The notes below the pieces were generated by a model. It was given only the letters and a program-made list of their open reading frames with translations. It ran no database searches and was not told the origin of the DNA. Position numbers and translations under genes: made by a program. A stretch of DNA of 64,000 nt from an uncultured delta proteobacterium (lineage in GTDB: Bacteria > Myxococcota_A > Polyangia > Polyangiales > JAFGIB01), in assembly GCA_963778655.1 (NCBI GenBank), contig CAVZVA010000011.1:160001-224000 (forward strand), given 5' to 3'. The first letter of the stretch is position 1; every line of letters starts with the position of its first letter. This document shows, in pieces, positions 11,466 through 21,162 of the stretch.

Positions 11466-12287
11466 TCAGCCCTCGTCCTCGAGATCCTCGATCTCGAGGA
11501 TCTCCTCGTCGTCAATCAACAGCTCGAAGTCGTCCTCGTCGGCGTCCTCGATCTCGAGCACCTCGGGCTCGACCCGGGTGGGCTCGTCGGCGCCGGCCTC
11601 GTCGGGCGGAAAGTCCGCCGGGTCGAGATCCTGATCGAGCAGCGATTCCGCGCGGCCCGGGTCGCGCTCCGGCTCCGCGGCGGGCGGGACCCAGGACGAA
11701 CGTCCCGTGACCTCCTCGAGCTCCGCGCCTCCGCGCGCGTCGGCGCCCTGCCAGCTTTCGCCGCCTTGCTCGGACGGCGCGTTGCCGGAGGCGGCGACCT
11801 CGGTGGGCTCCTCGGCCGCGGCCTCTTGCTCGGACCAGGAAAGCTCGGGTTCGCCCGCCTCTTCGGGGGTTGGCTCGGGCTCGCCGGTGTCGCCGGTCTG
11901 CAGCTCGAACGGCTGCGAAGGCCGGCGCGGCGCGAGCTCGGCGGCCTGCGCTTCGGGCGCGGCCTCGGGCGGCTGCAAGGCAGGCTGCGGAGGCACGCCC
12001 ACCAGCGTGTCGCGCGCGCTCTTGCCCTTGCCGGAAGGCGACGAGCGCGTCGCGGGCGGCCGGCTGCGGGGGCGTCGCGACTTGCGCGCCGGAATGCCCG
12101 CACGCACCGACGCGCGCGGCGGCTCGCTGCGTCCGGGCCCGCCTTGCCCGAGCTGCTCGAGCAGCCCGTCGAGCCGCTGCAGCGAACGGTCGTCGCCCAA
12201 GCAGCGCCCGAGCAGAGCCGCAACGTCGGAAGGCTCCTGCCCAAGCTCCTCGAGCTGCCGGTCGGTAGCGACGAGATCGCGCACCAT
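11466..12287 (-). CDS. Hypothetical acidic, largely disordered protein
   Basis: Helical N-terminus, Pro/Glu-rich middle, acidic tail DEDDFELLIDDEEILEIEDLEDEG; fills the gap between convergent genes. Confidence 0.7.
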   Translation of the reverse strand: MVRDLVATDRQLEELGQEPSDVAALLGRCLGDDRSLQRLDGLLEQLGQGGPGRSEPPRASVRAGIPARKSRRPRSRPPATRSSPSGKGKSARDTLVGVPPQPALQPPEAAPEAQAAELAPRRPSQPFELQTGDTGEPEPTPEEAGEPELSWSEQEAAAEEPTEVAASGNAPSEQGGESWQGADARGGAELEEVTGRSSWVPPAAEPERDPGRAESLLDQDLDPADFPPDEAGADEPTRVEPEVLEIEDADEDDFELLIDDEEILEIEDLEDEG

Positions 12288-12367
12288 GCGCGATCATCGC
12301 ATCGGCGCCACGGCTTGGCAAAAGCCGAGCGAAATCGGCGCGTACCTGCCCCGCCGCGAGAAGGCGC

Positions 12368-13948
12368 CTACAGCTGGCGGCCCAAACCCTGCCAGTAGCG
12401 TTCGCGCACGCGCACGCGGTAGACCTTGCCAGCCTCGCTGCGCGGAAGCTCGCGCACGAAGTCCACGCTGCGCGGGCACTTGAAATGGGCCAGGCGCGCC
12501 CGGCAGAACGCGGTCAGCTCTCGCTCGAGCTCGGCCGAGGGCAACTGGCCCTCGGCCAGCTGCACCACCGCCTTGACCTCCTCGCCGAACTCGTCGTTGG
12601 GCACACCCACGGTCGCCACGTCGGCCACGGCCGGGTGCATCAGCAGGACGGCGTCGACCTCGGCGGGGTAGATGTTGACCCCGCCGGAGATGATCAACTC
12701 CGAGGTACGGCCCGTCAGGAACAGGTAGCCGTCCTCGTCGATGTAACCCTGATCACCGAGCGTGAAACAGTTGCCGCGGTACGCCGCCGCGGTCTTGGCC
12801 TCGTCCTTGAAGTACTCGAAGCCGCCGGCCGCGGGCGCGCTGAAGAACACGCGCCCGACCTGGCCGGGTGGCAGCGGCTGCCCGGCGTCGTCCAGCACGT
12901 GCAGCTCGCGCCCGGCGATCGGCCGCCCCACGCTGCCCGGCTTGCGCAACCAGTCCTCGGCGCTGATCGAGGTGCCGCCGCCCTCGGTGCCGGCGTAGTA
13001 CTCGTGGATGATCGGGCCGAGCCAATCCATCATCGCGCGCTTGACGTGCACCGGCGTGGGCGCCGCGCCGTGCAGCACGTACGCGAGCGATGACAGATCG
13101 TAGCGCTCGCGCACCTCCCGGGGCAGCGCGAGCAGGCGGTGGAACATGGTCGCGACCATGTGCGTGTGGGTCACGCGGTGGCGCTCGACCAGCTGCAGCG
13201 TGAGCTCCGGATCCCACTTATCCATCAGCACCGTGCCCACCCCGCGCAGCAGCGGCGTCACCAGGTTGTAGGCGAACGGCGCGGAGTGGTAGAGCGGCCC
13301 GGTGCACAGCGACATCGACTTGCCGCTGACCATCGGCACGCGTGCCGCCGCCGCGCTCGCGGTCGGGGTGTCGCCACCCGGCTTACGCCGCACGCCCTTG
13401 GGCCGCCCGGTGGTGCCCGAGGTGTAGAGCATCACGCTGCCGAGCACCGGGTCCTCGAGATCGCCGCCGGCCTGGGCCGCGAGCGCGGCCTCATAGGGCT
13501 CGAAGCCGGCGATCGGGTCGCCGATCGCGAGCCTGACCACGCCCGGCACGAGCCCGCCGCCGACGACGGCCGCAGTCTCGGCCACGCGGTCTTCGGCGAT
13601 CAGCGCGCGCGCCTCGCAGTCCTGCACGATGTACGCGGCCTCCTCGAGCTGCAGGTGCCAGTTCAGGAAGGTCGCGCGGAAGCCCGCACGCACCACCGCG
13701 GCGTAGACCTCGACGAACTCGGGCCGGTTGCTGCACATCAGCGCCAGCGCGTCGCCGGCGCGCAGCCCGCGCGCGCGCAACGCGCGCACCAGCTGGTTGG
13801 CCCGCGCGTTGAGCTCGCCAAAGCTGCGCGTGCCGCGCTCCGAGATCACCGCCAAGCGCTCGGGCGCGCGCCGCGCCGTGAATGCGGGCGCCATCCCGAC
13901 CCGCGCGGCCTCGCGCACGTCGGCTAGAAATGACGGCAGCTTTGCCAC
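12368..13948 (-). CDS. Acyl-CoA synthetase (AMP-binding ANL family)
   Basis: MLYTSGTTGRPKG, EYYAGTEG, GDQGYIDEDGYLFLTGR, IISGGVNIYPAEVD, LPRSEAGKV. Confidence 0.93.
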   Translation of the reverse strand: MAKLPSFLADVREAARVGMAPAFTARRAPERLAVISERGTRSFGELNARANQLVRALRARGLRAGDALALMCSNRPEFVEVYAAVVRAGFRATFLNWHLQLEEAAYIVQDCEARALIAEDRVAETAAVVGGGLVPGVVRLAIGDPIAGFEPYEAALAAQAGGDLEDPVLGSVMLYTSGTTGRPKGVRRKPGGDTPTASAAAARVPMVSGKSMSLCTGPLYHSAPFAYNLVTPLLRGVGTVLMDKWDPELTLQLVERHRVTHTHMVATMFHRLLALPREVRERYDLSSLAYVLHGAAPTPVHVKRAMMDWLGPIIHEYYAGTEGGGTSISAEDWLRKPGSVGRPIAGRELHVLDDAGQPLPPGQVGRVFFSAPAAGGFEYFKDEAKTAAAYRGNCFTLGDQGYIDEDGYLFLTGRTSELIISGGVNIYPAEVDAVLLMHPAVADVATVGVPNDEFGEEVKAVVQLAEGQLPSAELERELTAFCRARLAHFKCPRSVDFVRELPRSEAGKVYRVRVRERYWQGLGRQL

Positions 13949-14023
13949 GGAAGACCTCCCGATCCCGAACCCACTTCACCCACTGGCGTTGTAGCCAATG
14001 CGCGCGAGTCTGGCCAGTGGGCC

Positions 14024-14087
14024 CATGAAACAGGCAGGCGGGAAGACGGGAAGGACTTGTGAGTAGACTTCCCATCTTCCTGTGATC
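14024..14087. repeat. Intergenic inverted-repeat element, family A (copy 2)
   Basis: CATGAAACAGGCAGGCGGGAAGACGGGAAG is 29/30 identical to 9386-9415; right arm CTTCCCATCTTCCTGTGATC is 18/20 identical to 9449-9468. Confidence 0.8.
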
Positions 14088-14098
14088 TTGAAGCGCCG

Positions 14099-16756
14099 TC
14101 AGCGCTTTTCGACCAGCTCGTAGAGCATGGCGAGGGCGCGGTCGAGCTGGCTGGGGTCGCTGCCGCCGGCCTGGGCGAAGTCCGGCCGGCCGCCGCCGCC
14201 GCCGCCGACCACGGCCGCGAGCTGCTTGACGATGTCGCCGGCAGCAAAGCGCCCGGTCAGCTCCTTGGACACGGTGCACACCAGCAGCGCGCGCCCGTCC
14301 TCGGTCGCGGCACCCAGCGCGATCACCGCCGGCGCGAGCTTGTCGCGCAGGCCGTCGGCCAGCTCGCGCAGCGCCTTGGAGTCGCCGAGCTCGACGCGCG
14401 CGCCGAGCGCGCGCAGGCCGTCGAACGCGCGCGCCTCCGACGCGAGATCGCGGCTGCTGCCGGAAGCAAGCTTGCGCTTCCACTGCTCGAGCTCGCGCGC
14501 CTGCTCCTTCTTCTGCTCGAGCAGCCGCCGCAGCTTGTCCACCAGCTCGTGCGGACCGGCCTTGAGCAGCGCGGCGGCCTGCTCCAGCTCGTGCTCCAGC
14601 TCGCGCGTGTAGCGCAGCGCGTTCATGCCGGTGGCCGCCTCGATCCGGCGCACGCCGGCCGCGATCCCGCTGTCCGAGAGGATCTTGAAGGCGCCGATGT
14701 CCCCGGTGCGCCGCACGTGAGTACCGCCGCACAGCTCGATCGAGTCAGCCATGGTCAGCATGCGCACCTGCTCGCCGTACTTCTCCTCGAAGATGCCGAT
14801 CGCGCCGCGCCGCTTGGCCTCCGCCATCGGCAGCACGTCGGTCGTGACCTCGGCGTTCTGCAGCACGCGCTCGGTGACCATGTCCTCGATGCGCGCGATC
14901 TGCTCGGCGCTGAGCGGCTGCGCCGCGCTGTAGTCGAAGCGCAGGCGCTCGGGCCCGACCAGCGAGCCCTTCTGCATCGCGTGCGGGCCGACCACCGTGC
15001 GCAGCCCCAGGTGCAGCAGGTGGGTCGCGCTGTGGTTGCGACGGGTGGCCGCGCGCAACGCGTGGTCGACCTCCAGCTCGACCGCGGCCGACACCGCGAG
15101 CGGGCCGCGCTCGAGCTTGCCGCGGTGCACGATCAGCCCTTCGCGCGGCTTCCAGGTGTCCTCCACCACGAACAGCGCGCCGTCCTGCCCGCGGACCTCG
15201 CCCTTGTCGCCGACCTGCCCGCCGGACTCGGCGTAGAAGGGCGTGGCAGCGGTGACCAGCTCGCCGCGCTCACCCGCCTGCAAGCGCTCCACGCGCTGGC
15301 CCTCGCGCAGCAAGGCCAGCACCTGCGAGCCGGCCGCCTCGCGCTCATAGCCCAGAAACGCCACGGCGGGCAGCGCCTGCGCCAGTTCCTTGTACACCGT
15401 GTCGAGCGCCGCCTCACCCACCTTGGAGCCGGCGCTGCGCTCTCGCGCGCGCTCCAGCTCCTGCTCGAAGCCGGCCTGGTCCACGCCGAAGCCCTGCTCG
15501 CGCCCGATCACTTCTTGCAGGTCGAGCGGGAAGCCGTAGGTGTCGTAAAGCTCGAATGCGACCGCGCCCGGCAGCACGCGCCCGCCCGTACCGCTCGCGA
15601 ACGGAGCCTCACCCAGCCGCTCCAGCCCTCGCTTGAGCGTGGCGCGGAAGCGCTCCTCCTCCTGGCGCGTGACCTGCTCGATCAGCGCGCTGCGCTCGCG
15701 CAGCTCGGGGTATTCGCCGCCCATGCGCTCGGCCACCGCGAGCGCACACAGGTGCAAGAACGGCCGCTCGATGCCGAGCCGGTGGCCGTGGCGGATGGCG
15801 CGGCGCATGATGCGGCGCAGCACGTAGGCGCGTCCGTCGCGATCGGGAAACACGCCCTCGGCCAGCAGAAAGGCCGTGGCGCGCGCGTGATCCGCGATCA
15901 CGCGCATGGACACGTCGTCGGGCTCGAGCGTGCGGCGGTACTTCTTGCCCGCGATCTCGGCGGCCAGCTCCACGATCGGGCGCAGCAGATCGGTGTCGTA
16001 GTTGCTGACCACGCCCTGCACCGCGCAGCTCAGGCGCTCGAGGCCCATGCCGGTGTCGATCGAGGGCGCGGGCAGCGGCGTGAGCTTGCCGCCCGGCAGG
16101 CGCTCGAACTGCATGAACACGTTGTTCCACAGCTCGACCCAGCCGTTGCCCGCCTCGTCGGGCTCGGCACCGAAGCTGGCGAGGTCGGGCTCGCCGGCGC
16201 CGAAGTAGTAGTAGATCTCGGAGCACGGACCGCAGGGTCCGGTGTCGCCCATCTGCCAGAAGTTGTCGGCCGCGCCCAGCCGCCGCAACCGTTGCTTGGG
16301 CAGCGCGGCCACGTCGCGCCAGATGCGCTCGGCCTCGACGTCGGCCGGCAGCTCGCCCTCGCCACCGAAAACGGTGACCACCAGCCGGTTCTTGTCCACG
16401 CCCAGCACCTCGGTCAGGTATTGCCAGGCGTAGGCGATCGCCTCCTGTTTGAAGTAGTCACCGAAGGAGAAGTTGCCGAGCATCTCGAAGAAGGTGTGGT
16501 GGCGCGCGGTCACGCCCACGTTCTCGAGATCGTTGTGCTTGCCGCTGACGCGCATGCACTTCTGCGCGCTGGTGGCGCGGGTGTACCCGCGCTTGTCCTG
16601 CCCGGTGAAGACGTCCTTGAACTGCACCATGCCCGCGTTGGCGAACATCAGCGTGGGGTCGTTCGCGGGTACCAGCGGTCCGCTCGGCACGATCTGGTGC
16701 CCGCGCTCCGCGAAGAAGCGGCGGAAGCTGTCCCGGATCTGGCTCGAGGAGGTCAT
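14099..16756 (-). CDS. alaS: Alanine--tRNA ligase
   Basis: DPTLMFANAGMVQFKD, RHHTFFEMLGNFSFGDYFK, GPCGPCSEI, NHSATHLLH, ELCGGTHV, GGGGGRPDFAQAGG. ATG at 16756. Confidence 0.98.
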   Translation of the reverse strand: MTSSSQIRDSFRRFFAERGHQIVPSGPLVPANDPTLMFANAGMVQFKDVFTGQDKRGYTRATSAQKCMRVSGKHNDLENVGVTARHHTFFEMLGNFSFGDYFKQEAIAYAWQYLTEVLGVDKNRLVVTVFGGEGELPADVEAERIWRDVAALPKQRLRRLGAADNFWQMGDTGPCGPCSEIYYYFGAGEPDLASFGAEPDEAGNGWVELWNNVFMQFERLPGGKLTPLPAPSIDTGMGLERLSCAVQGVVSNYDTDLLRPIVELAAEIAGKKYRRTLEPDDVSMRVIADHARATAFLLAEGVFPDRDGRAYVLRRIMRRAIRHGHRLGIERPFLHLCALAVAERMGGEYPELRERSALIEQVTRQEEERFRATLKRGLERLGEAPFASGTGGRVLPGAVAFELYDTYGFPLDLQEVIGREQGFGVDQAGFEQELERARERSAGSKVGEAALDTVYKELAQALPAVAFLGYEREAAGSQVLALLREGQRVERLQAGERGELVTAATPFYAESGGQVGDKGEVRGQDGALFVVEDTWKPREGLIVHRGKLERGPLAVSAAVELEVDHALRAATRRNHSATHLLHLGLRTVVGPHAMQKGSLVGPERLRFDYSAAQPLSAEQIARIEDMVTERVLQNAEVTTDVLPMAEAKRRGAIGIFEEKYGEQVRMLTMADSIELCGGTHVRRTGDIGAFKILSDSGIAAGVRRIEAATGMNALRYTRELEHELEQAAALLKAGPHELVDKLRRLLEQKKEQARELEQWKRKLASGSSRDLASEARAFDGLRALGARVELGDSKALRELADGLRDKLAPAVIALGAATEDGRALLVCTVSKELTGRFAAGDIVKQLAAVVGGGGGGRPDFAQAGGSDPSQLDRALAMLYELVEKR

Positions 16757-16934
16757 CGCAGGGGCGGTGTAGCGCAGCCGCAGGGGCTTGCCAACTTGGG
16801 AAACCGTGCAGGCGTCCCGTCGGCACCGCCACGGACGGCGGCATACGGCGCGGCCGCGGCCATAGCCCACTCCCCGCCGCCGGACGCGGGAACCTCCTCC
16901 CCAGGAGGCGGGCGGCCGTGCTATCGGTCGGGTC

Positions 16935-18632
16935 GTGCTGACCTGCCTGCGCGTGCGCAGCTTCGCCATCATCGACGAGCTCGAGGTCGAGCTCGAGTCG
17001 GGCATGAACGTGCTGACGGGCGAGACCGGCGCGGGCAAGTCGATCTTGATCGACGCGCTGCAGCTGGTGCTGGGTGGCCGGGCGCGGCCCGAGGTGGTGC
17101 GCGGGGGCGCGGAACAGGCTGAGGTCGAGGCGCTGTTCGACGTGGCCGACGACCCGCAGGCGCGGCAGCGGGTAGCCGAAGCCGGAGTCGAGGTGGAGGA
17201 CGAGCTGGTGCTGCGCCGGGTGGTGCAGCGCTCGGGACGCTCGCGCGCCTACGTCAACGGACGGCTGGCCTCGGCCGGGCAGCTCGCGACGCTGGCCGCC
17301 GGGCTGTGCGACATCTCTTCGCAGCACGAGCACCACACCCTGGTCGACCCGCGCACTCACCTGTCGTTTCTGGACGCGTTCGCGCAGCTCGATCCGCTGC
17401 GCGCGCAGGTGCGCGAGGCGTACGAGGCGCTGCGCGACGCCCAGGCCGCGTTGCAGCAGCAGCGCGAGGCGAGCAGCCGCCGCGGCGAGCGCGAGGATCT
17501 GTTGCGCTTCCAGCTGCAGGAGATCGATGCGCTGGCGCCGCGGCCGGGCGAGGACGCCACGCTGGCGCTCGAGCGCGACCGCCAGCGTCACGCCGAGCGC
17601 CTGGCACAGCTCACCGGCGGCGCCGAGGACGCGCTCTACGCTAGCGACGAGGCGCTGTGCGCGCGCGTGGCGCGCATCGCGCACGAGGTGCAGCAGGCGG
17701 CGGCGCTCGACCCCACGCTCGGGCCCCTCTCCGAGCAGCTCGCGGCGGCCGGCACCCAGCTCGAGGACGTGGCGCGCGAGCTCGGCAGCTACGCGCGCGG
17801 GATCTCGCTCGACGCCGAGCGGCTGCAGCAGCTGGAAGACCGGCTCGACGGGCTCTCGCGGCTCAAGCGCAAGCACGGCGGCAGCCTGGAGGCGGTGCTC
17901 GAGCACCGCGAGCGCGCCGCCGAGCAGCTGGCCGCGCTCGATCAGGGCGAGGAACGCACGCATGCCCTGGAGCACGCGCTGCAGCAGGCGAGCGATCAGG
18001 CCGCGGCGCTGGCGCGCAAGCTCTCGAGCGCGCGCAAGAAGGCCGCGACCAAGCTGGCGGCCGCGGTCAGCCGCGAGCTGGGCTCGCTCTCGATGGGCGA
18101 CGCCAAGGTGGCGGTCGAGGTGGCGCAGCCGCAGGGCGCGGCGGGCGAGCTGTGCGTGGACGGCGCGCGCCTGCTCGCCAGCGGCATCGACCGTGTGGAG
18201 TTTCTGATCGCGACCAACCGCGGCGAAGATCCTCAGCCGCTGCACAAGATCGCCAGCGGGGGCGAGCTGTCGCGGGCGATGCTGGCGCTCAAGCGGGTGC
18301 TCTCGGGCCTCGGCCCGGTCGGGCTGTACGTGTTCGACGAAGTAGACGCGGGCGTGGGCGGCGCGGTGGCCGAGGTCATCGGGCGCAAGCTCAAGGACGT
18401 CGCGCACCACCACCAGGTGATCTGCATCACCCACCTGCCGCAGATCGCGGTCTTCGCCGACGTCCACTACCACGTCAGCAAGAGCGTCGGCGGCGGCCGC
18501 ACGCGCAGCGAGATCCGGCGCCTGCACGAGAGCGAGCAGCGCGACGAGATCGCGCGCATGCTCGGCGGGCTCAAGGTCACCGACAAGACCCGCGCGGCCG
18601 CCAGCGAGATGCTGCGCTCGGCCGGCCGGTAG
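16935..18632 (+). CDS. recN: DNA repair protein RecN
   Basis: LTGETGAGKSILIDAL (Walker A), coiled coil, ASGGELSR, VFDEVDAGVGG, ITHLPQIA, EIARMLGG. Confidence 0.97.
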   Translation: MLTCLRVRSFAIIDELEVELESGMNVLTGETGAGKSILIDALQLVLGGRARPEVVRGGAEQAEVEALFDVADDPQARQRVAEAGVEVEDELVLRRVVQRSGRSRAYVNGRLASAGQLATLAAGLCDISSQHEHHTLVDPRTHLSFLDAFAQLDPLRAQVREAYEALRDAQAALQQQREASSRRGEREDLLRFQLQEIDALAPRPGEDATLALERDRQRHAERLAQLTGGAEDALYASDEALCARVARIAHEVQQAAALDPTLGPLSEQLAAAGTQLEDVARELGSYARGISLDAERLQQLEDRLDGLSRLKRKHGGSLEAVLEHRERAAEQLAALDQGEERTHALEHALQQASDQAAALARKLSSARKKAATKLAAAVSRELGSLSMGDAKVAVEVAQPQGAAGELCVDGARLLASGIDRVEFLIATNRGEDPQPLHKIASGGELSRAMLALKRVLSGLGPVGLYVFDEVDAGVGGAVAEVIGRKLKDVAHHHQVICITHLPQIAVFADVHYHVSKSVGGGRTRSEIRRLHESEQRDEIARMLGGLKVTDKTRAAASEMLRSAGR

Positions 18633-19019
18633 TTGTGTGACCGGGAGGGGCACGCGCCCTCCCGCCCCACCGGCAAAGCCGCTGGGGCCCCATCCTCCCG
18701 CGCGGCTCGCTGCGCTCGCTGGTGAGCGCAGGCCACACCGCGTCGGGCCCACCCTCCCGCGCGGCTGTTTCCGCGTCGAGCACGTGCGCGCAAAGCGCAC
18801 CCGATCGCACACGCTGCGGGCTGCGGCGGCCATGCTACGATCGCGCGATTGGAGCTTGAGATACGCGGGGGGCGGAGCGTGAGCGCGAACGGGTCTGGTT
18901 CTCGTACTGATCACGACGCGCTGATTTGGCGGGGCCAGACCCTGCTTTTTTCACGCGGGGCGGCACGCGCCACCCTTCCCCACGTGGGGCCGCGTTCCGC
19001 GGCAATTCTCGAACGAAAC

Positions 19020-21101
19020 GTGATTACTGCTCAGCACGAGATCCACACCCGCGCGAACCTAATACGATCCTTCAGGCACGCGGGGCTGCTCGCATGCCTG
19101 GTCGTCGCCTGCACGGGTGCGGCGCAGGGTTGCCACAAGAAGGCCGCCGTGCCGCCCCCGCCCTCGGGCAGCGGCGATCCCAGCCGCGACTGCGCCAATG
19201 CGGGCAAGACCGTGAGCACGGAGCAAGAGGCGGCTCCGGACGTGACGTGCAGCGGGGGCAAGCGGCGCATCCTGTGCTACGGGGCGTGGGCCGCGCACTG
19301 CGGACCCGACGACAAGCTGGTCTCGCTGACCAATTGCCGTGCCGACGGGCAGGTGTGCGCGATGCGCGATTGCGCGAGCGCCAAGGACTGCAACGGCTGC
19401 CAGGCCTGCACGCCGGGCAGCGCGCGCTGCGGGCAAGACGGGGCGCGCATGCTCTGCCGCGACGACGGCTCGGGCTTCGACGAGGCCGAGCCGTGCGACG
19501 AGAGCGCCGGCCTGCGCTGCAGCCTGAGCTCGGGCCAGTGCGAGGATCTGTGCGCGGCCGCGGAGTCGCAGCACTCGTACATCGGCTGTGACTATTGGGC
19601 GGTCCCGACCAGCAACTCGCAGCTCGACTTCGAGTCGGTGGACGCCAACGGGCTGTGCCGGCCGTTCAGCTTCGCGGTGGTGGTGGCCAACGCGGAGGGC
19701 GTGAGCGCGCACGTGACCGTGGAGAGCCCGGGCCGCGACGCGCGCACGGTCACGGTGGAGCCCTCCTCGACCGCCACCATCGAGCTGCCTTGCGAGCCGG
19801 AGCTCAAGGGCGGCGGTCCCGGCAGCGGCGTCCCCGACGGCGGCGTGGGCGACGAGGACGCCGGCAGCGAACAGCAGCCGACCGTGCTCGCCAAGCGCGG
19901 CGCCCACCACATCACCTCGGACGTGCCGGTCACGGTGTATCAGTTCAATCCACTCGAGTTCGAGAGCGAGAGCGCTGACGGCACGACCGCGTACAGCTAC
20001 ACCAACGACGCCTCGCTGTTGCTGCCTACCCACAGCCTGAGCGGAGACTACGTGGTGATGGCGCAGCCCACCTTGCTGCACCATGTGGTCCCCAACGACG
20101 ACAGCCTGCCGACCATCACCCACAGCGGCCCGGGCTTCGTCGCCATCGTGGGCGTGGAGGCGGACCCGACCGAGGTCGAGATCGTCAGCAGCGCATACAC
20201 TCGGCCGAGCAAGGACGGCTCGATCCCGGCGCTGTCGCCGGGCGGCCATTTGCGCGTCAGCCTGAGCCAAGGTGAGGTGCTGCAGCTGCTCAGCGCAGTG
20301 CCACCTGACTGCCCGGACGACACGACCGACAGCATTCGCGGCGGCAAGATCCACTATTGCAAAGTGGGCAGAGACTACGACCTGACCGGAACGCAGATCA
20401 CGGCCCAGGGCAAGGTCAGCGTGATCGCAGGTCACGATTGCGCCTTCCTGCCCTACAACCGCTGGGCCTGCGATCACCTGGAGGAGAGCATCTTTCCGCT
20501 GCAGAGCTGGGGTAAAGACATCGCCGTCAGCGTGAGCGAGACGGTGGCGTGCCAGCCGACCGTGCCGAATCTGGTGCGCGTGCTCTCGGGCAGCGACCGC
20601 AACCAGATCACGTTCACGCCGGCGGTTCACGACAAAGTGCTGCTCGACAAGGGCGAGTTGCTCGAGCTCGAGGTGTCCGAGGACTTCCGCATCACCGCCG
20701 CCTACCCGATCATGGTCGGCCAGTTCCTGCTCGGGCAGGACTACAACGGACGCGGCAGCTCGGGCTCGTTCGCCAAGGGCGACCCATCGATGTCGCTGGC
20801 GATCCCCAGCGAGCAGTGGCGCACCCGCTACCCCTTCTTGACGCCCGAGACCTACACCGACAACTACATCAACGTGATCGCGCGCACGCACCAGCTGGTG
20901 CTGCTCGACGGCCGCGTGGTCACCGGCTTCGCGCCGATCGAGGGCACCTCGCTCTCGGTCTCGCGAATCCCGCTGGACAGCGGGCAGCACGTGATCGAGG
21001 CGCAGCAGGGCTTCGGGATCGTGCTCTACGGCTATGCCCCGTACACCAGCTACATGATGCCCGGAGGCCTCGATCTCAATCCGATCAACCCGCTGCTTTG
21101 A
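19020..21101 (+). CDS. Cys-rich lipoprotein with IgGFc-binding N-terminal-type domain
   Basis: Signal ending in AAQGC, Cys-rich EGF-like region, SYIGCDYW, VYQFNPL, NDASLLLP, CDHLEE, GDPSM, SYMMPGGLDL. Start uncertain within ORF 18849..21101. Confidence 0.82.
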   Translation: MITAQHEIHTRANLIRSFRHAGLLACLVVACTGAAQGCHKKAAVPPPPSGSGDPSRDCANAGKTVSTEQEAAPDVTCSGGKRRILCYGAWAAHCGPDDKLVSLTNCRADGQVCAMRDCASAKDCNGCQACTPGSARCGQDGARMLCRDDGSGFDEAEPCDESAGLRCSLSSGQCEDLCAAAESQHSYIGCDYWAVPTSNSQLDFESVDANGLCRPFSFAVVVANAEGVSAHVTVESPGRDARTVTVEPSSTATIELPCEPELKGGGPGSGVPDGGVGDEDAGSEQQPTVLAKRGAHHITSDVPVTVYQFNPLEFESESADGTTAYSYTNDASLLLPTHSLSGDYVVMAQPTLLHHVVPNDDSLPTITHSGPGFVAIVGVEADPTEVEIVSSAYTRPSKDGSIPALSPGGHLRVSLSQGEVLQLLSAVPPDCPDDTTDSIRGGKIHYCKVGRDYDLTGTQITAQGKVSVIAGHDCAFLPYNRWACDHLEESIFPLQSWGKDIAVSVSETVACQPTVPNLVRVLSGSDRNQITFTPAVHDKVLLDKGELLELEVSEDFRITAAYPIMVGQFLLGQDYNGRGSSGSFAKGDPSMSLAIPSEQWRTRYPFLTPETYTDNYINVIARTHQLVLLDGRVVTGFAPIEGTSLSVSRIPLDSGQHVIEAQQGFGIVLYGYAPYTSYMMPGGLDLNPINPLL

Positions 21102-21162
21102 GCGGAAATCGCGGCGTTTGCGCGCGCGGCGGCTGTGGTAGTCTCGCGGCAGGGAGCGGCGC

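Noticed and set aside
18684..18767. Imperfect direct repeat GGGCCC..CCTCCCGCGCGGCT around GCTCGCTGCGCTCGCT downstream of recN
   Set aside because: It may be a REP-like relic, but I saw only one such site in the window, so I cannot support a family.
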